Shown here one piece after another: positions 46,795 through 56,303 of a stretch of DNA of 64,000 nt (the first letter of the stretch is position 1; the number at the start of each line of letters is the position of its first letter). Position numbers and translations under genes: made by a program. The notes below the pieces were generated by a model. That model saw only the letters and a list, made by a program, of their open reading frames with translations. It searched no databases and was not told the DNA's origin. Where the stretch lies: contig CALLMM010000018.1 of NCBI GenBank assembly GCA_938005745.1, positions 1,454 through 65,453 on the forward strand. The letters run 5' to 3'. The DNA is from an uncultured Chthonomonadales bacterium. GTDB lineage: Bacteria; Armatimonadota; Chthonomonadetes; Chthonomonadales; CAJBBX01.

Positions 46795-47775
46795 ATGTCC
46801 CTGAGTAACTGGTTCAGAAGCCTGCTGCTGCAGATCGGCGCAGCGCTGGGAATCGGCGGGCTGAAGATCAGCCTGTCGGTCAACGGCTACGCCCATCCGC
46901 GCGGCGCGCCGGTCAGCGGTGAGGTGATCGTGGAGGGCGGGGCGGTCGCGCAGACGATCCGGCGTCTCAACGTCATATTATGCGAGTTCTCCGCCAATCA
47001 GACCCGCAACCATAACGACGCCATCTACGCCAGCCGGACCATCGCGACCAATGTGGTTGTCAAGCCGGGGGAGGCCCTCTACTTCCGCTGGGTCTTCCGG
47101 GTTCCGGACGAAGCGCGCCTGACCTCGGAGGGGCTGTTCGGCGGAAAGCCCGCAAAAGGCTGCATGGTGCAGACGGATGTCAATATCGCCTGGGCGGTCT
47201 CCACGCCGGCGGCGAAGAGTCCGCTGCAGGTCGAGATGCACCGCGAGATACGCGCCCTCCTGAGCGCGCTGCGGCAGATGGGGTTTCGCGACGCGCAGGA
47301 CCTTCGCTCACTCTTCCAGAACAGCGGCGAAGCCATCCGCGCCTCTTTCTCCGCACCCACTCCCTACTCCGATCGGATGGATGGAGTGCAGGTGGTTCTG
47401 CTGGCAGACTATGAGATGGTCTCCGGGCAGATCATCATAGACTGGCGGGATGAAAATCTCTCCGAGCGGCTGCGCGGCGTCTTCGGCGGCAACCGCACGG
47501 AGATTCAGATCAGCCTCCCCTGCCAGGACCTGCTGACGCCGGACGGACAGCCCGACATTTCGTCTGCGGTAGAGCATCTGCGAAAGACGCTGGCGGAGGC
47601 GGTGAAGCAGCGCGCCAACGAGCGCATGACCCTGCTGCGCCCCGCCTCCGCCCCCGATCAGGATGCGGAGATTCTCCTGCGCCCGGCTGCCTATACGCCC
47701 ACCGCCAACCCGCAGGAGCTGCTGCGCCCCGTCGAGGAGCCGGAGCCGCTGGAGAACCGACCGAAGACGGAGTAG
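46795..47775 (+). CDS. Spo0M-like (arrestin-fold) protein with extended C-terminal region
   Basis: MSLSNWFRSLLLQIGAALGIGGLKISLSVNGYAHPRGAPVSGEVIVEGGAVAQTIRRLNVIL matches the Spo0M N-terminal pattern by eye. GGAGG 8 nt before ATG 46795. Confidence 0.5.
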   Translation: MSLSNWFRSLLLQIGAALGIGGLKISLSVNGYAHPRGAPVSGEVIVEGGAVAQTIRRLNVILCEFSANQTRNHNDAIYASRTIATNVVVKPGEALYFRWVFRVPDEARLTSEGLFGGKPAKGCMVQTDVNIAWAVSTPAAKSPLQVEMHREIRALLSALRQMGFRDAQDLRSLFQNSGEAIRASFSAPTPYSDRMDGVQVVLLADYEMVSGQIIIDWRDENLSERLRGVFGGNRTEIQISLPCQDLLTPDGQPDISSAVEHLRKTLAEAVKQRANERMTLLRPASAPDQDAEILLRPAAYTPTANPQELLRPVEEPEPLENRPKTE

Positions 47776-47809
47776 TCTGCTACGAGGAGAGACAGAGAGG
47801 AGAGCGACG

Positions 47810-48820
47810 ATGACGGCGCACTGTATGACAGCGCATCCCGGTACGGCTTCCGGAGCCGCCTCCGGGCGCAAAAGACGGCGCGGATGGTCTCTGCTGCTGC
47901 TGGCAGGCTTAACCCTGGCGCAGGGAAACGACGCCTGGGATCCCGCGCTTCCCGCTCTGCCAAAGGGAAGTCAGGGCATCGCCGCACGCTATCCCGGCGA
48001 CGCCGGTATCGCACAGGACCCGGCGGTCCTGCTGCACGAGGATTTTGAATCCGACAACTGGCGGGATAGATGGGATAACATCTACCACGACCGCCACATT
48101 CGGATCGCGCAGGAGCCGGAGTACGTGCATGGCGGCAGGCGCGCGCTGGAGTTTACCATTCCGAAGCAGCAGGCGGAGGTCAGCAACGAACTGGTCAAGC
48201 AGTTCCGGCAGGGGCATGACGTCCTCTTCCTGCGCTACTACTCAAAATTCGAGAAGGGCTTCGATCAGGTCGGCTCCAGCCACAACGGCGGCTACCTCGC
48301 CGCCATCGCGCCCGGCGTCCCCTACGCCACCCCCGGCATACGCGCCGACGGGCGCAACAAGTTCGTCGCCAGCTTCGAGAACTGGCGGGGCGAACCCGAA
48401 ATCCCCTCTCCCGGCGATCTGAACGTCTACTGCTACCACCCGGAACAGCGCAGCGAATACGGAGACCACTTCTTCCCGTCCGGCAAGGTGCTTCCCTTCT
48501 CGGCGAAGCCGGGCGACTTCGGTCCGCAGTTTGTCGCGCGCCCCGACACTATTCCGCAGCTGGACCGATGGTACTGCTTCGAGTTCATGCTGAAGGCTAA
48601 CACGCCCGGACGGCGCGACGGACGGATCGCCTGCTGGCTGGACGGCAGGCTGATCGCCGACTTTCCCAACCTGCGCCTGCGCGACGAAAGGTCGCTCAAA
48701 ATCAACTTTGCCGCCGTCTGCCTGCACATCGGCTCCAACACCCTGCGCCAGAACCGCAAGTGGTATGACGATGTGGTGATCGCCACCTCCTACATCGGAC
48801 CGGTCGCCGCGCGAAGATAG
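47810..48820 (+). CDS. Secreted ConA-like jelly-roll protein (polysaccharide-lyase-like), function unknown
   Basis: Signal-like N-terminus ...GRKRRRGWSLLLLAGLTLAQG. ...RWYCFEFMLKANTPGRRDGRIACWLDGRLIADF... is typical of ConA-like lyase/glucanase folds by eye. Confidence 0.5.
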   Translation: MTAHCMTAHPGTASGAASGRKRRRGWSLLLLAGLTLAQGNDAWDPALPALPKGSQGIAARYPGDAGIAQDPAVLLHEDFESDNWRDRWDNIYHDRHIRIAQEPEYVHGGRRALEFTIPKQQAEVSNELVKQFRQGHDVLFLRYYSKFEKGFDQVGSSHNGGYLAAIAPGVPYATPGIRADGRNKFVASFENWRGEPEIPSPGDLNVYCYHPEQRSEYGDHFFPSGKVLPFSAKPGDFGPQFVARPDTIPQLDRWYCFEFMLKANTPGRRDGRIACWLDGRLIADFPNLRLRDERSLKINFAAVCLHIGSNTLRQNRKWYDDVVIATSYIGPVAARR

Positions 48821-48889
48821 GAGGGGTTTCGCGCCGCCCCGCCTCCGAAGGTGAAGACGCCGCCGGATCGTTCGACCGGCAGGCGGGAG

Positions 48890-50011
48890 CTAGCCGCCGT
48901 TCCATTCGCGCACGGCGGCCGCCATCGCATGGATATTCTCCTCCGGCACATCATAGAGCAGGTAGTCGCTGGCGGCGACCATATGTTTTCTGCCCTGCGT
49001 CTCCTCCAGAATGCGAAAGACCCCTTTGCGAACCGTCCCGGCATCGGCTTCGAGCAGCACGTCGAGTCCCAGATTGCCTCGCGTGCAGATCGCCGGATCC
49101 AACTTTGTCATCGCGTCCGCCAGCGAGACCACATTGCCGACCGGCGGCGGGCTTAACGTCTCGAAAAGGTCTATTCCCATCTGGTTATAGAAGCCGAGCG
49201 AGAGAAACGGCTCGATCGGCGAGCAGATATGCGAGTAGACAAGCAGCCCCTTCGCATGCGCCAGTTCGGTTACCTGCTGCGAGAAGGGAACGAGGTAGCT
49301 GCGATAGTACTTCGGCGAGATCATCTCCTTCGCCGGACCGCCGAGAAAGACAAAGTCCGCTCCGGCGGCGGCGACGGCGTCCATCAGGCGGTCATCGAGT
49401 TGAACGATCCGCTCCATCAGGCGAACGGCGCGCTCCGGGCAGTCGTGCACCAGCAGAGCGGTATCTTTCGTGCTGGGCATGCAGAGCAGTTCGTAGGGCT
49501 GCATAGCCCACTGCGCGTCCAGCGCGCCGCTCTCTCCGACCATGGCGTTGACGGCGCGGATATGCGCCTCGACCGGAGCGAGATCGGCTTCCAGCGCGAC
49601 CTCCACATAGTACTCCAGCGCCGACAGGTCGTCTTCGGTCTCGACCGGATGCCTCGTCAGATAGCCGCCCCGCGGGTCGGTCATCATGGTGCGGGTCAGC
49701 GTACCGAAGGGCGTCTGCAGCTCCTCCTGGAGAAATCGCCGCTCTCCCTCCTGCCGCTCCTCCACCGCCCGCCACCGCAGCCGCGAATCGCACTCCCCGA
49801 GATCCACAATGCCGACGTTGATCAGCGGCAGAATATCAAAACGGGCAGCCGCCGACAGGGTATCCTCCAGCGTGGTCTCCCAGACGTTCCGCTTCCCGGC
49901 TAATCGGGTATCGAATCCGGCTCCAGAGCCGATCTGCGGCGAACAGACCGGCGCGCCGCCATGACGAACATAGTGCAAAAAGGCTTCCCGGCGAGTCATC
50001 TTCTTCCTCAT
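48890..50011 (-). CDS. Uroporphyrinogen-decarboxylase (URO-D)-like family protein
   Basis: 373 aa with TIM-barrel-like spacing. Resemblance to URO-D/MtaA-like proteins is by eye only. Coding strand chosen over the R/A-rich antisense ORF. Confidence 0.4.
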   Translation of the reverse strand: MRKKMTRREAFLHYVRHGGAPVCSPQIGSGAGFDTRLAGKRNVWETTLEDTLSAAARFDILPLINVGIVDLGECDSRLRWRAVEERQEGERRFLQEELQTPFGTLTRTMMTDPRGGYLTRHPVETEDDLSALEYYVEVALEADLAPVEAHIRAVNAMVGESGALDAQWAMQPYELLCMPSTKDTALLVHDCPERAVRLMERIVQLDDRLMDAVAAAGADFVFLGGPAKEMISPKYYRSYLVPFSQQVTELAHAKGLLVYSHICSPIEPFLSLGFYNQMGIDLFETLSPPPVGNVVSLADAMTKLDPAICTRGNLGLDVLLEADAGTVRKGVFRILEETQGRKHMVAASDYLLYDVPEENIHAMAAAVREWNGG

Positions 50012-50091
50012 CTCTTCCGCGTTATGACAGGCTCTGTACCTCCTCCCCCTTCGACGACTCGCGCCGGTTAACCTTTTTTCCCCGACAGGAC

Positions 50092-50121
50092 TGCGCCCCG
50101 CCTTTGTGCAAAGGCGGGGCG
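50092..50121 (-). terminator. Hairpin downstream of the S8 protease gene
   Basis: GCGCCCCGCCTT-tgtgca-AAGGCGGGGCGC, a 12-bp stem located 26 nt after the stop on the minus strand. Confidence 0.5.
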
Positions 50122-50146
50122 CGAAGCCGGACGTTCGATATTATGA

Positions 50147-53047
50147 TTACGGCGTAACCCTGAGAGTCTTCGTGAGCGCGGAGCCGTTGACGGATGCCCG
50201 AATGGTCACGTTGACGCTGGAGCGCACCGCGCTCGTGGAGATCAGGAAGGTGGCGGTCGAGGAGCCAGCCGCAACGGTAACCGTCGCCGGCACGCGGGCA
50301 GCGCCGGTGTTGGAACTGCTCAGCGCCACCTCCAGTCCGCCAACCGGAGCCTTGCCGTTCAGTTCGATGAATCCAAAGCCCTGCGATCCTCCCTGTATGG
50401 TCGCCGGATCGAGCGTCAGGGTCTTCAGAACCGCCGGATTTACCGTCAGCGCGCGGAACTTTTCGCTGCCGTTATAGCCGGCGGAGATATTGACGATCGT
50501 CTGTGTGGCGACGCCCGATGTCGTCAGGGAGAAGCTGACCGAGGAGGCATTGCCGGGAACCGTGACCTGCGCCGGAACCTGCGCCACGTTCGTATCCGAA
50601 CTCGCCAGATTCACCACGATTCCGTCGGCGGGCGCAATGGAGGTCAGGGTAACCTTTCCGGTTGCCTCGTTGCCTCCCCGCACCGGGTTCGGGGTGATCG
50701 AGACGCTGCTGACGGAGGGGTTGACGATGACCCGCAGCACGCCCTGCGCCTGTCCTCCGTTAGCGGCGGCGGTGATCGTCACGGAGCGGCTGGAGGTGAC
50801 GGAGGAGGTGTTCACGGGAAAGGTCGCCGACGTCTGTCCGGCGGGAACCGTTACGCCCGGCGGAACCGCCGCCGAGGCGGGACTGCTGCTGCTCAGATTC
50901 ACCGCCGTTCCGCCGGTCGGGGCGGCGGTGCTGAGGGTAACCGTCCCGGTCACGGTCCTCCCGCCGATGACCGGCGTCAGATCGAACGCGACGGAGAGCG
51001 GGAAGGGGGCGATCTGCACGGTGGCGGAGTCGAAACGATTGGGATCGGCGACGCTGGTGGCACGAACGATGGCGGTGGCGTGCGCGCTCAGGCTCGCCGG
51101 GGCGTAGTAGATGCCGTCCGCCCCGATGGTTCCCGGACCGGCGACCACGCTCCAGGTTACGCTGGTATTGGATGCGCCGGTTACGGTGGCGGTGAACGGC
51201 TGTGCGCCGCCCAGCGGAACCGTTGCCAGGCGGGGCGAGACCGACACATTGACCTCCGGTCCGCCGCCGCCTCCGCCGCCGCCTCCGCTGCTGGAGGTGA
51301 GCGCAAAGTCCGTTGCCATCGTGTCGCAGCCGCTCTCCACGACGAGCTGCTTCTGCATGGTGATCCCGAAGAAGGTCGCCGTCACAGTGTAGTTTCCGGG
51401 CGGAAGGTTGGGGAGGCGGTAGGTTCCGTCCGAGAAAGTGGTGGCGGTGTAGGGACGCGCAAACCCCTCGCGCCGCGCCACAATCGCGGCGTTCTGGACG
51501 GCGGTCTCGTTATAGGTTACCTGCCCGGTGATGCCGCCGGGCGGCTGGGAGGTGCGCAGTTCGCCGAAGCGGTTCTGCAGGGTCATGAAGGCGTTGATGC
51601 GACCGTAGCCGATCTGCGGGTTCCAGCGTCCGCTGCCGCTGCCGAGAATATTGTCCGCGCCGCGCTGGATGGCGCGCACCAGGATCTGCGGCGCGCCGGG
51701 GGTCTGCCGGGTGATGTTGCGCGAGCCGGCGTAGAGCGCCGCCAGCCCCGCCACATGCGGCGAAGCCATCGAGGTTCCGTTCAGATAGCCGTAGGTCGTC
51801 TCGACGATCCCTGCATCTACCAGCGCCGCCGGATAGGTCGGGGTGGTAGACCAGATCAGGGTGTAGAGTTCCGGTACCAGCCCGAAATCGCCGCCGTTGA
51901 AGTAGCTGGCGTCGCCGCCCGGCGCGCCGACCCCGATATACATGCCCCGATTGGAGTAGGAGGCGTAGCTCTCATAAGGGGGAACGGTATTCGAGGAGGC
52001 GAAGGTGGTGGCGGCGACCGCCAGCACCTTGTTGCAGGCGGCGGGATAGCGGCGCACATAGTCCACGCCGTCGTTGCCCGCAGCGGCGATCACCAGCGTA
52101 TTGCGCTCCCAGCAGTAGTCCACTGCGTCCTGCAGCGCCTGGGAGTAGCCGCCGTTCAACGCCAGGCTCATATTGATAATCAGCGCGCCGTTATCGGTCG
52201 CCCAGAGCATCGCGTCAATCACGTCGACATCGTCGCCGTCTCCCATCGGGTCGGTAACCTTGATCGGCAGGATCTGCGCGTTAAAGCCCAGACTGGCGAT
52301 CCCGCGCGCGTTGTTGGTCGCGGCGGCGATGATCCCGGCGACATGCGTGCCGTGCCCGTTCTCATCCTGCGGATCGTTGGGCGATTCGTTGTCGCCTCCG
52401 TTGAGCATGTTGCGCGCATTCGTCAGATCGAGCTGTCCGCCGGCAAGCGCGTCCGTGCTCGCGCCCCCCGCGTTAATGAAGTCGGGATGCGTATAGTCAA
52501 TGCCGCTGTCTATCACGGCGACCTTGACGGCGTTTGCCGGTTTGTTGGCGGCAGTGTAGAAGTTGACGGGCCAGACCGACCAGGCGTCGGCGGCGCGAAT
52601 CGTATGCAGAGACCACTGATAGAGCCACTCATTCTCCGAAAAGAGCGCGTGTTCCCGGTCTACGCGCCGGAAATAGGGATCGTTGGGTTCGCTCAGCAGG
52701 ATGATACGCTGACTCGGCTCGACATACTTCACGCCGGGCAGCGTCCGCAACGCCCGCAGCCCCGCCTCCATCTGACGGGGGTCCGCCAGACGATAGACCA
52801 GAATGCCAAGCTGTTTGATCTCCTTACGAAAACGCATCGCCGGAACGTCCGGCTGCTGCGCCAGACGCGCCGCCAGCGCGCGACCATCCGGAACCCTGCC
52901 TTCGCGGAACCGGACGAGGATCGAGTCCGGCGGTTTCAGTCTTGGGACGAGGCGCGGCTGCATCTGCCACTGCGCCATCCCCGGAACCGCCAGAAGACAC
53001 AATACTACCAGAGACCAGATGAAGGAAGAGAGAGAGCGGCGAAACAT
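50147..53047 (-). CDS. Secreted subtilisin-like (S8) serine protease with CarboxypepD_reg-like domain, poly-Gly linker and three ~90-aa C-terminal repeat domains
   Basis: Catalytic triad motifs VAVIDSGIDYTHPDF, NGHGTHVAGIIAA and GTSMASPHVAGLAALY. Signal peptide MFRRSLSSFIWSLVVLCLLAVPGMAQ from ATG 53047 (GAGGAGG upstream). SSSGGGGGGGGGPE linker. Confidence 0.88.
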   Translation of the reverse strand: MFRRSLSSFIWSLVVLCLLAVPGMAQWQMQPRLVPRLKPPDSILVRFREGRVPDGRALAARLAQQPDVPAMRFRKEIKQLGILVYRLADPRQMEAGLRALRTLPGVKYVEPSQRIILLSEPNDPYFRRVDREHALFSENEWLYQWSLHTIRAADAWSVWPVNFYTAANKPANAVKVAVIDSGIDYTHPDFINAGGASTDALAGGQLDLTNARNMLNGGDNESPNDPQDENGHGTHVAGIIAAATNNARGIASLGFNAQILPIKVTDPMGDGDDVDVIDAMLWATDNGALIINMSLALNGGYSQALQDAVDYCWERNTLVIAAAGNDGVDYVRRYPAACNKVLAVAATTFASSNTVPPYESYASYSNRGMYIGVGAPGGDASYFNGGDFGLVPELYTLIWSTTPTYPAALVDAGIVETTYGYLNGTSMASPHVAGLAALYAGSRNITRQTPGAPQILVRAIQRGADNILGSGSGRWNPQIGYGRINAFMTLQNRFGELRTSQPPGGITGQVTYNETAVQNAAIVARREGFARPYTATTFSDGTYRLPNLPPGNYTVTATFFGITMQKQLVVESGCDTMATDFALTSSSGGGGGGGGGPEVNVSVSPRLATVPLGGAQPFTATVTGASNTSVTWSVVAGPGTIGADGIYYAPASLSAHATAIVRATSVADPNRFDSATVQIAPFPLSVAFDLTPVIGGRTVTGTVTLSTAAPTGGTAVNLSSSSPASAAVPPGVTVPAGQTSATFPVNTSSVTSSRSVTITAAANGGQAQGVLRVIVNPSVSSVSITPNPVRGGNEATGKVTLTSIAPADGIVVNLASSDTNVAQVPAQVTVPGNASSVSFSLTTSGVATQTIVNISAGYNGSEKFRALTVNPAVLKTLTLDPATIQGGSQGFGFIELNGKAPVGGLEVALSSSNTGAARVPATVTVAAGSSTATFLISTSAVRSSVNVTIRASVNGSALTKTLRVTP

Positions 53048-53295
53048 GGTTGTAGACCTCCTCAAGAAAGAGACGAAACCGAGAAGATTGGACACACTTC
53101 GCACAGGGTGAATGGTTACGCAGCGCTGCGAGCAGCCGGCAGAATAATCAAAACTGCCAGTCGGGTGTCAATGAGGTAGGGAGTAGCATAGACTATCCCT
53201 GACGATTTGTCAATGATCCGGGAGGAGGATTTCCGACCTTCGAGAGCGAATCAGACCACGTACGAGATCAGGCGAACGCGCCGGCAGGAGGGGCG

Positions 53296-53583
53296 TTGAG
53301 GATGAATATTCAACTGCTTCCCGATCTGCAAGACCAGAACACGGATATCGGTTCGGGAGAGCATATCGTCATTGTATATGATAACGATCATAACACCTTT
53401 GAGGAAGTGATTTCGATTCTGATTCGGGCGACTGGCTGCACCGTCGAAGAGGCGGAGATCGAGACCTGGGAGGTGCACCATCTGGGCAAATCGGTAGTGC
53501 ATCACGCTTCGGCGGAGGAGTGCGAGCGGGTCGCCTCCATTATTCGCACCATCGGCATCCGGGTCGAGGTCCGCCCAGAGTAG
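53296..53583 (+). CDS. clpS: ClpS-like Clp protease adaptor
   Basis: ...IVIVYDNDHNTFEEVISILIRATGCTVEEAEIETWEVHHLGKSVVHHASAEECERV... is ClpS-fold spacing. Start is TTG 53296 or ATG 53302. Confidence 0.7.
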   Translation: MRMNIQLLPDLQDQNTDIGSGEHIVIVYDNDHNTFEEVISILIRATGCTVEEAEIETWEVHHLGKSVVHHASAEECERVASIIRTIGIRVEVRPE

Positions 53584-53623
53584 GCGGTTCACCCCCAACT
53601 TTTGCGCACAGGAGGGCGAGACG

Positions 53624-55078
53624 TTGGAAAAGATTACGCGAAGAAAACTGCTCGAGGATTCGCTGCTGCTGCTGGCAGCCTCTGCGCTTCCCGTCTCGAT
53701 TGCCGGGGCGGAGGAGAGGCGCAAGCCCCGCGCCGTCGGTCCCAACGATAAGATACGGATCGCGGTGATCGGGTTCCGCGGGCGCGGCATGGATCATGTG
53801 CGATCGTATGCCGCCATGAGCGACGTAACGGTAGCGGCGCTGTGTGACCCGGATGAAGGCGCGTGGGGCGCGGCGGTCAAGGCGGTAACCGACCGGGGAC
53901 AGTCAGCTCCCCGAACGGTCAAGGACCTGCGCCGAATCATGGAGGACCCGGAGATTGACGCGGTCTCCATCGCCACCCCCAACCACTGGCATGCGCTGGC
54001 GGCGATCTGGGCGATGCAGGCAGGCAAAGATGTCTACGTGGAGAAGCCGGCGACGCACAACGTCTTCGAGGGACGCCAGTTGATCGAAGCGGCGCGCAAA
54101 TACAGGCGCGTCTGTCAGGTCGGCACGCAGAGCCGCTCCAGCGTCGGGCTGCGGGAGGCGATGGCGTATCTCCACGCCGGCAAACTGGGCAAGATTTCGC
54201 TGGCGCGCGGTCTCTGCTACAAGACCCGAAACTCCATCGGCAAGTCCAACGGTCCGACGCTGGTTCCCGAAAGCGTCGGGGAGGACGGCTACAACCTCTG
54301 GCTCGGACCGGCTCCGATCAAGCCGGTCATGCGGCAGCGGTTCCACTACGACTGGCACTGGTTCTGGGACTACGGCAACGGCGACATCGGCAATCAGGGC
54401 GTGCACGAGATGGACAAGGCGCTCTGGGGTCTCAACAAGCGCGGACTGCCGAAATCCGTCATCGCGCTGGGAGGGCGGTTTGGCTATGAGGACGACGGCG
54501 AGACCCCCAACACGATGGTCAGCGTCTTCGACTACGGCGACTGTCAGTTGATCTTCGAGGTGCGAGGCTTGAAGACCGACGATCTGAAGGGCGCGCGCGT
54601 CGGCAACATCTACTACGGCTCCGAGGGGACGATGGTCGTGCCCAACTACAGCAAGGCGATCGTCTACGACAACGACGGCAAGGTGATACAGGAGTTCAGC
54701 GGCGGCGGAGACCACTATCGCAACTTCCTGGATGTCTGCCGCAGCCGCAAGACCGCCGATCTGAACGCTCCGGTCGAGGCGGGACACTACTCCGCCGCGC
54801 TGTGCCATCTGGCGAATATCTCCTATCGGCTGGGTAAGCCGCAGCCCCTGAATGTGAAGTCGCAGGCGTTCGGGGACAACAAAGAGGCGTATGAGACGGT
54901 GGCGCGGTTCGAGCAGCATCTGGCAGACAACGGAATCTCGCTGTCGGAGGGAACCTATCAACTGGGACGGACGCTGCAGATAGACGCCCGGCGCGAGAAG
55001 ATCGTCAGGGACGAGGAGGCGAACGCCATGCTGACCCGCGAGTACCGCGCGCCGTTCGTCGTTCCCGCCCGCGTCTAA
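53624..55078 (+). CDS. Gfo/Idh/MocA family oxidoreductase with Tat-like signal
   Basis: MEKITRRKLLEDSLLLLAASALP..; Rossmann IRIAVIGFRGRGMDHV; ...EKP.... Confidence 0.85.
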   Translation: MEKITRRKLLEDSLLLLAASALPVSIAGAEERRKPRAVGPNDKIRIAVIGFRGRGMDHVRSYAAMSDVTVAALCDPDEGAWGAAVKAVTDRGQSAPRTVKDLRRIMEDPEIDAVSIATPNHWHALAAIWAMQAGKDVYVEKPATHNVFEGRQLIEAARKYRRVCQVGTQSRSSVGLREAMAYLHAGKLGKISLARGLCYKTRNSIGKSNGPTLVPESVGEDGYNLWLGPAPIKPVMRQRFHYDWHWFWDYGNGDIGNQGVHEMDKALWGLNKRGLPKSVIALGGRFGYEDDGETPNTMVSVFDYGDCQLIFEVRGLKTDDLKGARVGNIYYGSEGTMVVPNYSKAIVYDNDGKVIQEFSGGGDHYRNFLDVCRSRKTADLNAPVEAGHYSAALCHLANISYRLGKPQPLNVKSQAFGDNKEAYETVARFEQHLADNGISLSEGTYQLGRTLQIDARREKIVRDEEANAMLTREYRAPFVVPARV

Positions 55079-55119
55079 GCCGCCGGCAGGCGCATCAGAA
55101 CGAATGACAGGAGAGACCT

Positions 55120-55152
55120 CCGGGGCAGACAGATACGTCTGCCCCGGCTTTT
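55120..55152 (+). terminator. Rho-independent terminator
   Basis: CCGGGGCAGAC-agatac-GTCTGCCCCGG, an 11-bp stem, followed by CTTTTGTG. Confidence 0.75.
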
Positions 55153-55177
55153 GTGAGACGCTGTCAAGGAGGGGACA

Positions 55178-56206
55178 ATGAGCCGGACACATATTCGCGT
55201 GCGGGGCATCTATGGCGGCGTGCCGACGCAGCTTCTCGCACAGGGAAAGACCCTGTCGGAATCGGGGGTCAACGCCATCTGGATCGGCTCCGGCGGGCTG
55301 CGCACCGAAGATATCGCGCTGCTCAAAAGTCAGGGCGCGCAGGTGTTCGCCGAATTCAACACCCTGCACGAGGCGAGCTATCTGGAGAAGCACCCGGATG
55401 CGGCTCCCATCGGGACGGACGGCAGGGTCTGCCCGCCCCCGGACGGCTGGCAGGGCATCTGCCCGACCCATCCCGGCTACCGCCGCTATCGCATGGACGC
55501 CTTCCGCCGCGCGCTGCAGAGCTTCGATATTGACGGCATCTGGCTCGACTATCACCACAGCCACGCAAGCTGGGAGCAGGCGGAGCCGAACCTGCCGGAT
55601 ACCTGCTTCTGCCCGCGCTGTCGGGCGCAGTTTTCGCGGGAGACGGGCATTGGGCTGGCGGGATCGGTGTCCGAGCAGTCCGCCCGTCTGCTCGGAGAGC
55701 TGAGAGACCGCTGGGTAGACTGGCGGTGCGGCGTCTTTACCGACTGGGTGCGGGAGTTTCGCGCCATTCTCAACGCGGAGCGTCCCAGCGCGCTGCTGGG
55801 CACATTCCACTGCCCCTGGAGCGATACGGAACGCGACGGCGCGCTGCGGAACAAACTGGCAATTGACCTGAAGGCGCAGGCTCCCTACCTGGACGTGTTC
55901 AGCATCATGCCCTACCATGCCCGCTTCGGTCACGCCGGCGACCCGGGCTGGATCGCCCGGCAGACCGCCTGGCTGGGCCGGTTTCTCTCGCTCAAAGGCG
56001 ATCCCGGTGAGAAGAAGCGGATCTGGCCCATTGTGCAGCTCTCCGACTGGGGCGAAAACGTGCGCGCCGAAGAGGTCGAGACGATCCTGGACTACGGCAC
56101 GCGGCTGCCCGCCACCGGCATTATGGTCTTTGCCTGGGGATCGCTGCAGGCGCAGCCGGAGAAGGTTGAGGCGATGACGCGCTTCTATCGCGCGATCCGC
56201 GACTGA
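55178..56206 (+). CDS. Hypothetical TIM-barrel glycoside-hydrolase-like protein
   Basis: ...DIDGIWLDYHHSHASWE... and ...DVFSIMPYH... resemble GHL-type hypothetical glycosidases by eye. No signal peptide. Confidence 0.5.
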   Translation: MSRTHIRVRGIYGGVPTQLLAQGKTLSESGVNAIWIGSGGLRTEDIALLKSQGAQVFAEFNTLHEASYLEKHPDAAPIGTDGRVCPPPDGWQGICPTHPGYRRYRMDAFRRALQSFDIDGIWLDYHHSHASWEQAEPNLPDTCFCPRCRAQFSRETGIGLAGSVSEQSARLLGELRDRWVDWRCGVFTDWVREFRAILNAERPSALLGTFHCPWSDTERDGALRNKLAIDLKAQAPYLDVFSIMPYHARFGHAGDPGWIARQTAWLGRFLSLKGDPGEKKRIWPIVQLSDWGENVRAEEVETILDYGTRLPATGIMVFAWGSLQAQPEKVEAMTRFYRAIRD

Positions 56207-56303
56207 CCCGACAGAACCGCTGGATAAGCCGCCTGCGGCGCAGGCAGGTTTCCTCGCCGCGGTCGTCGAAAGCCTACTCATCCCCTGGAAGAAGAGAACA
56301 GCG

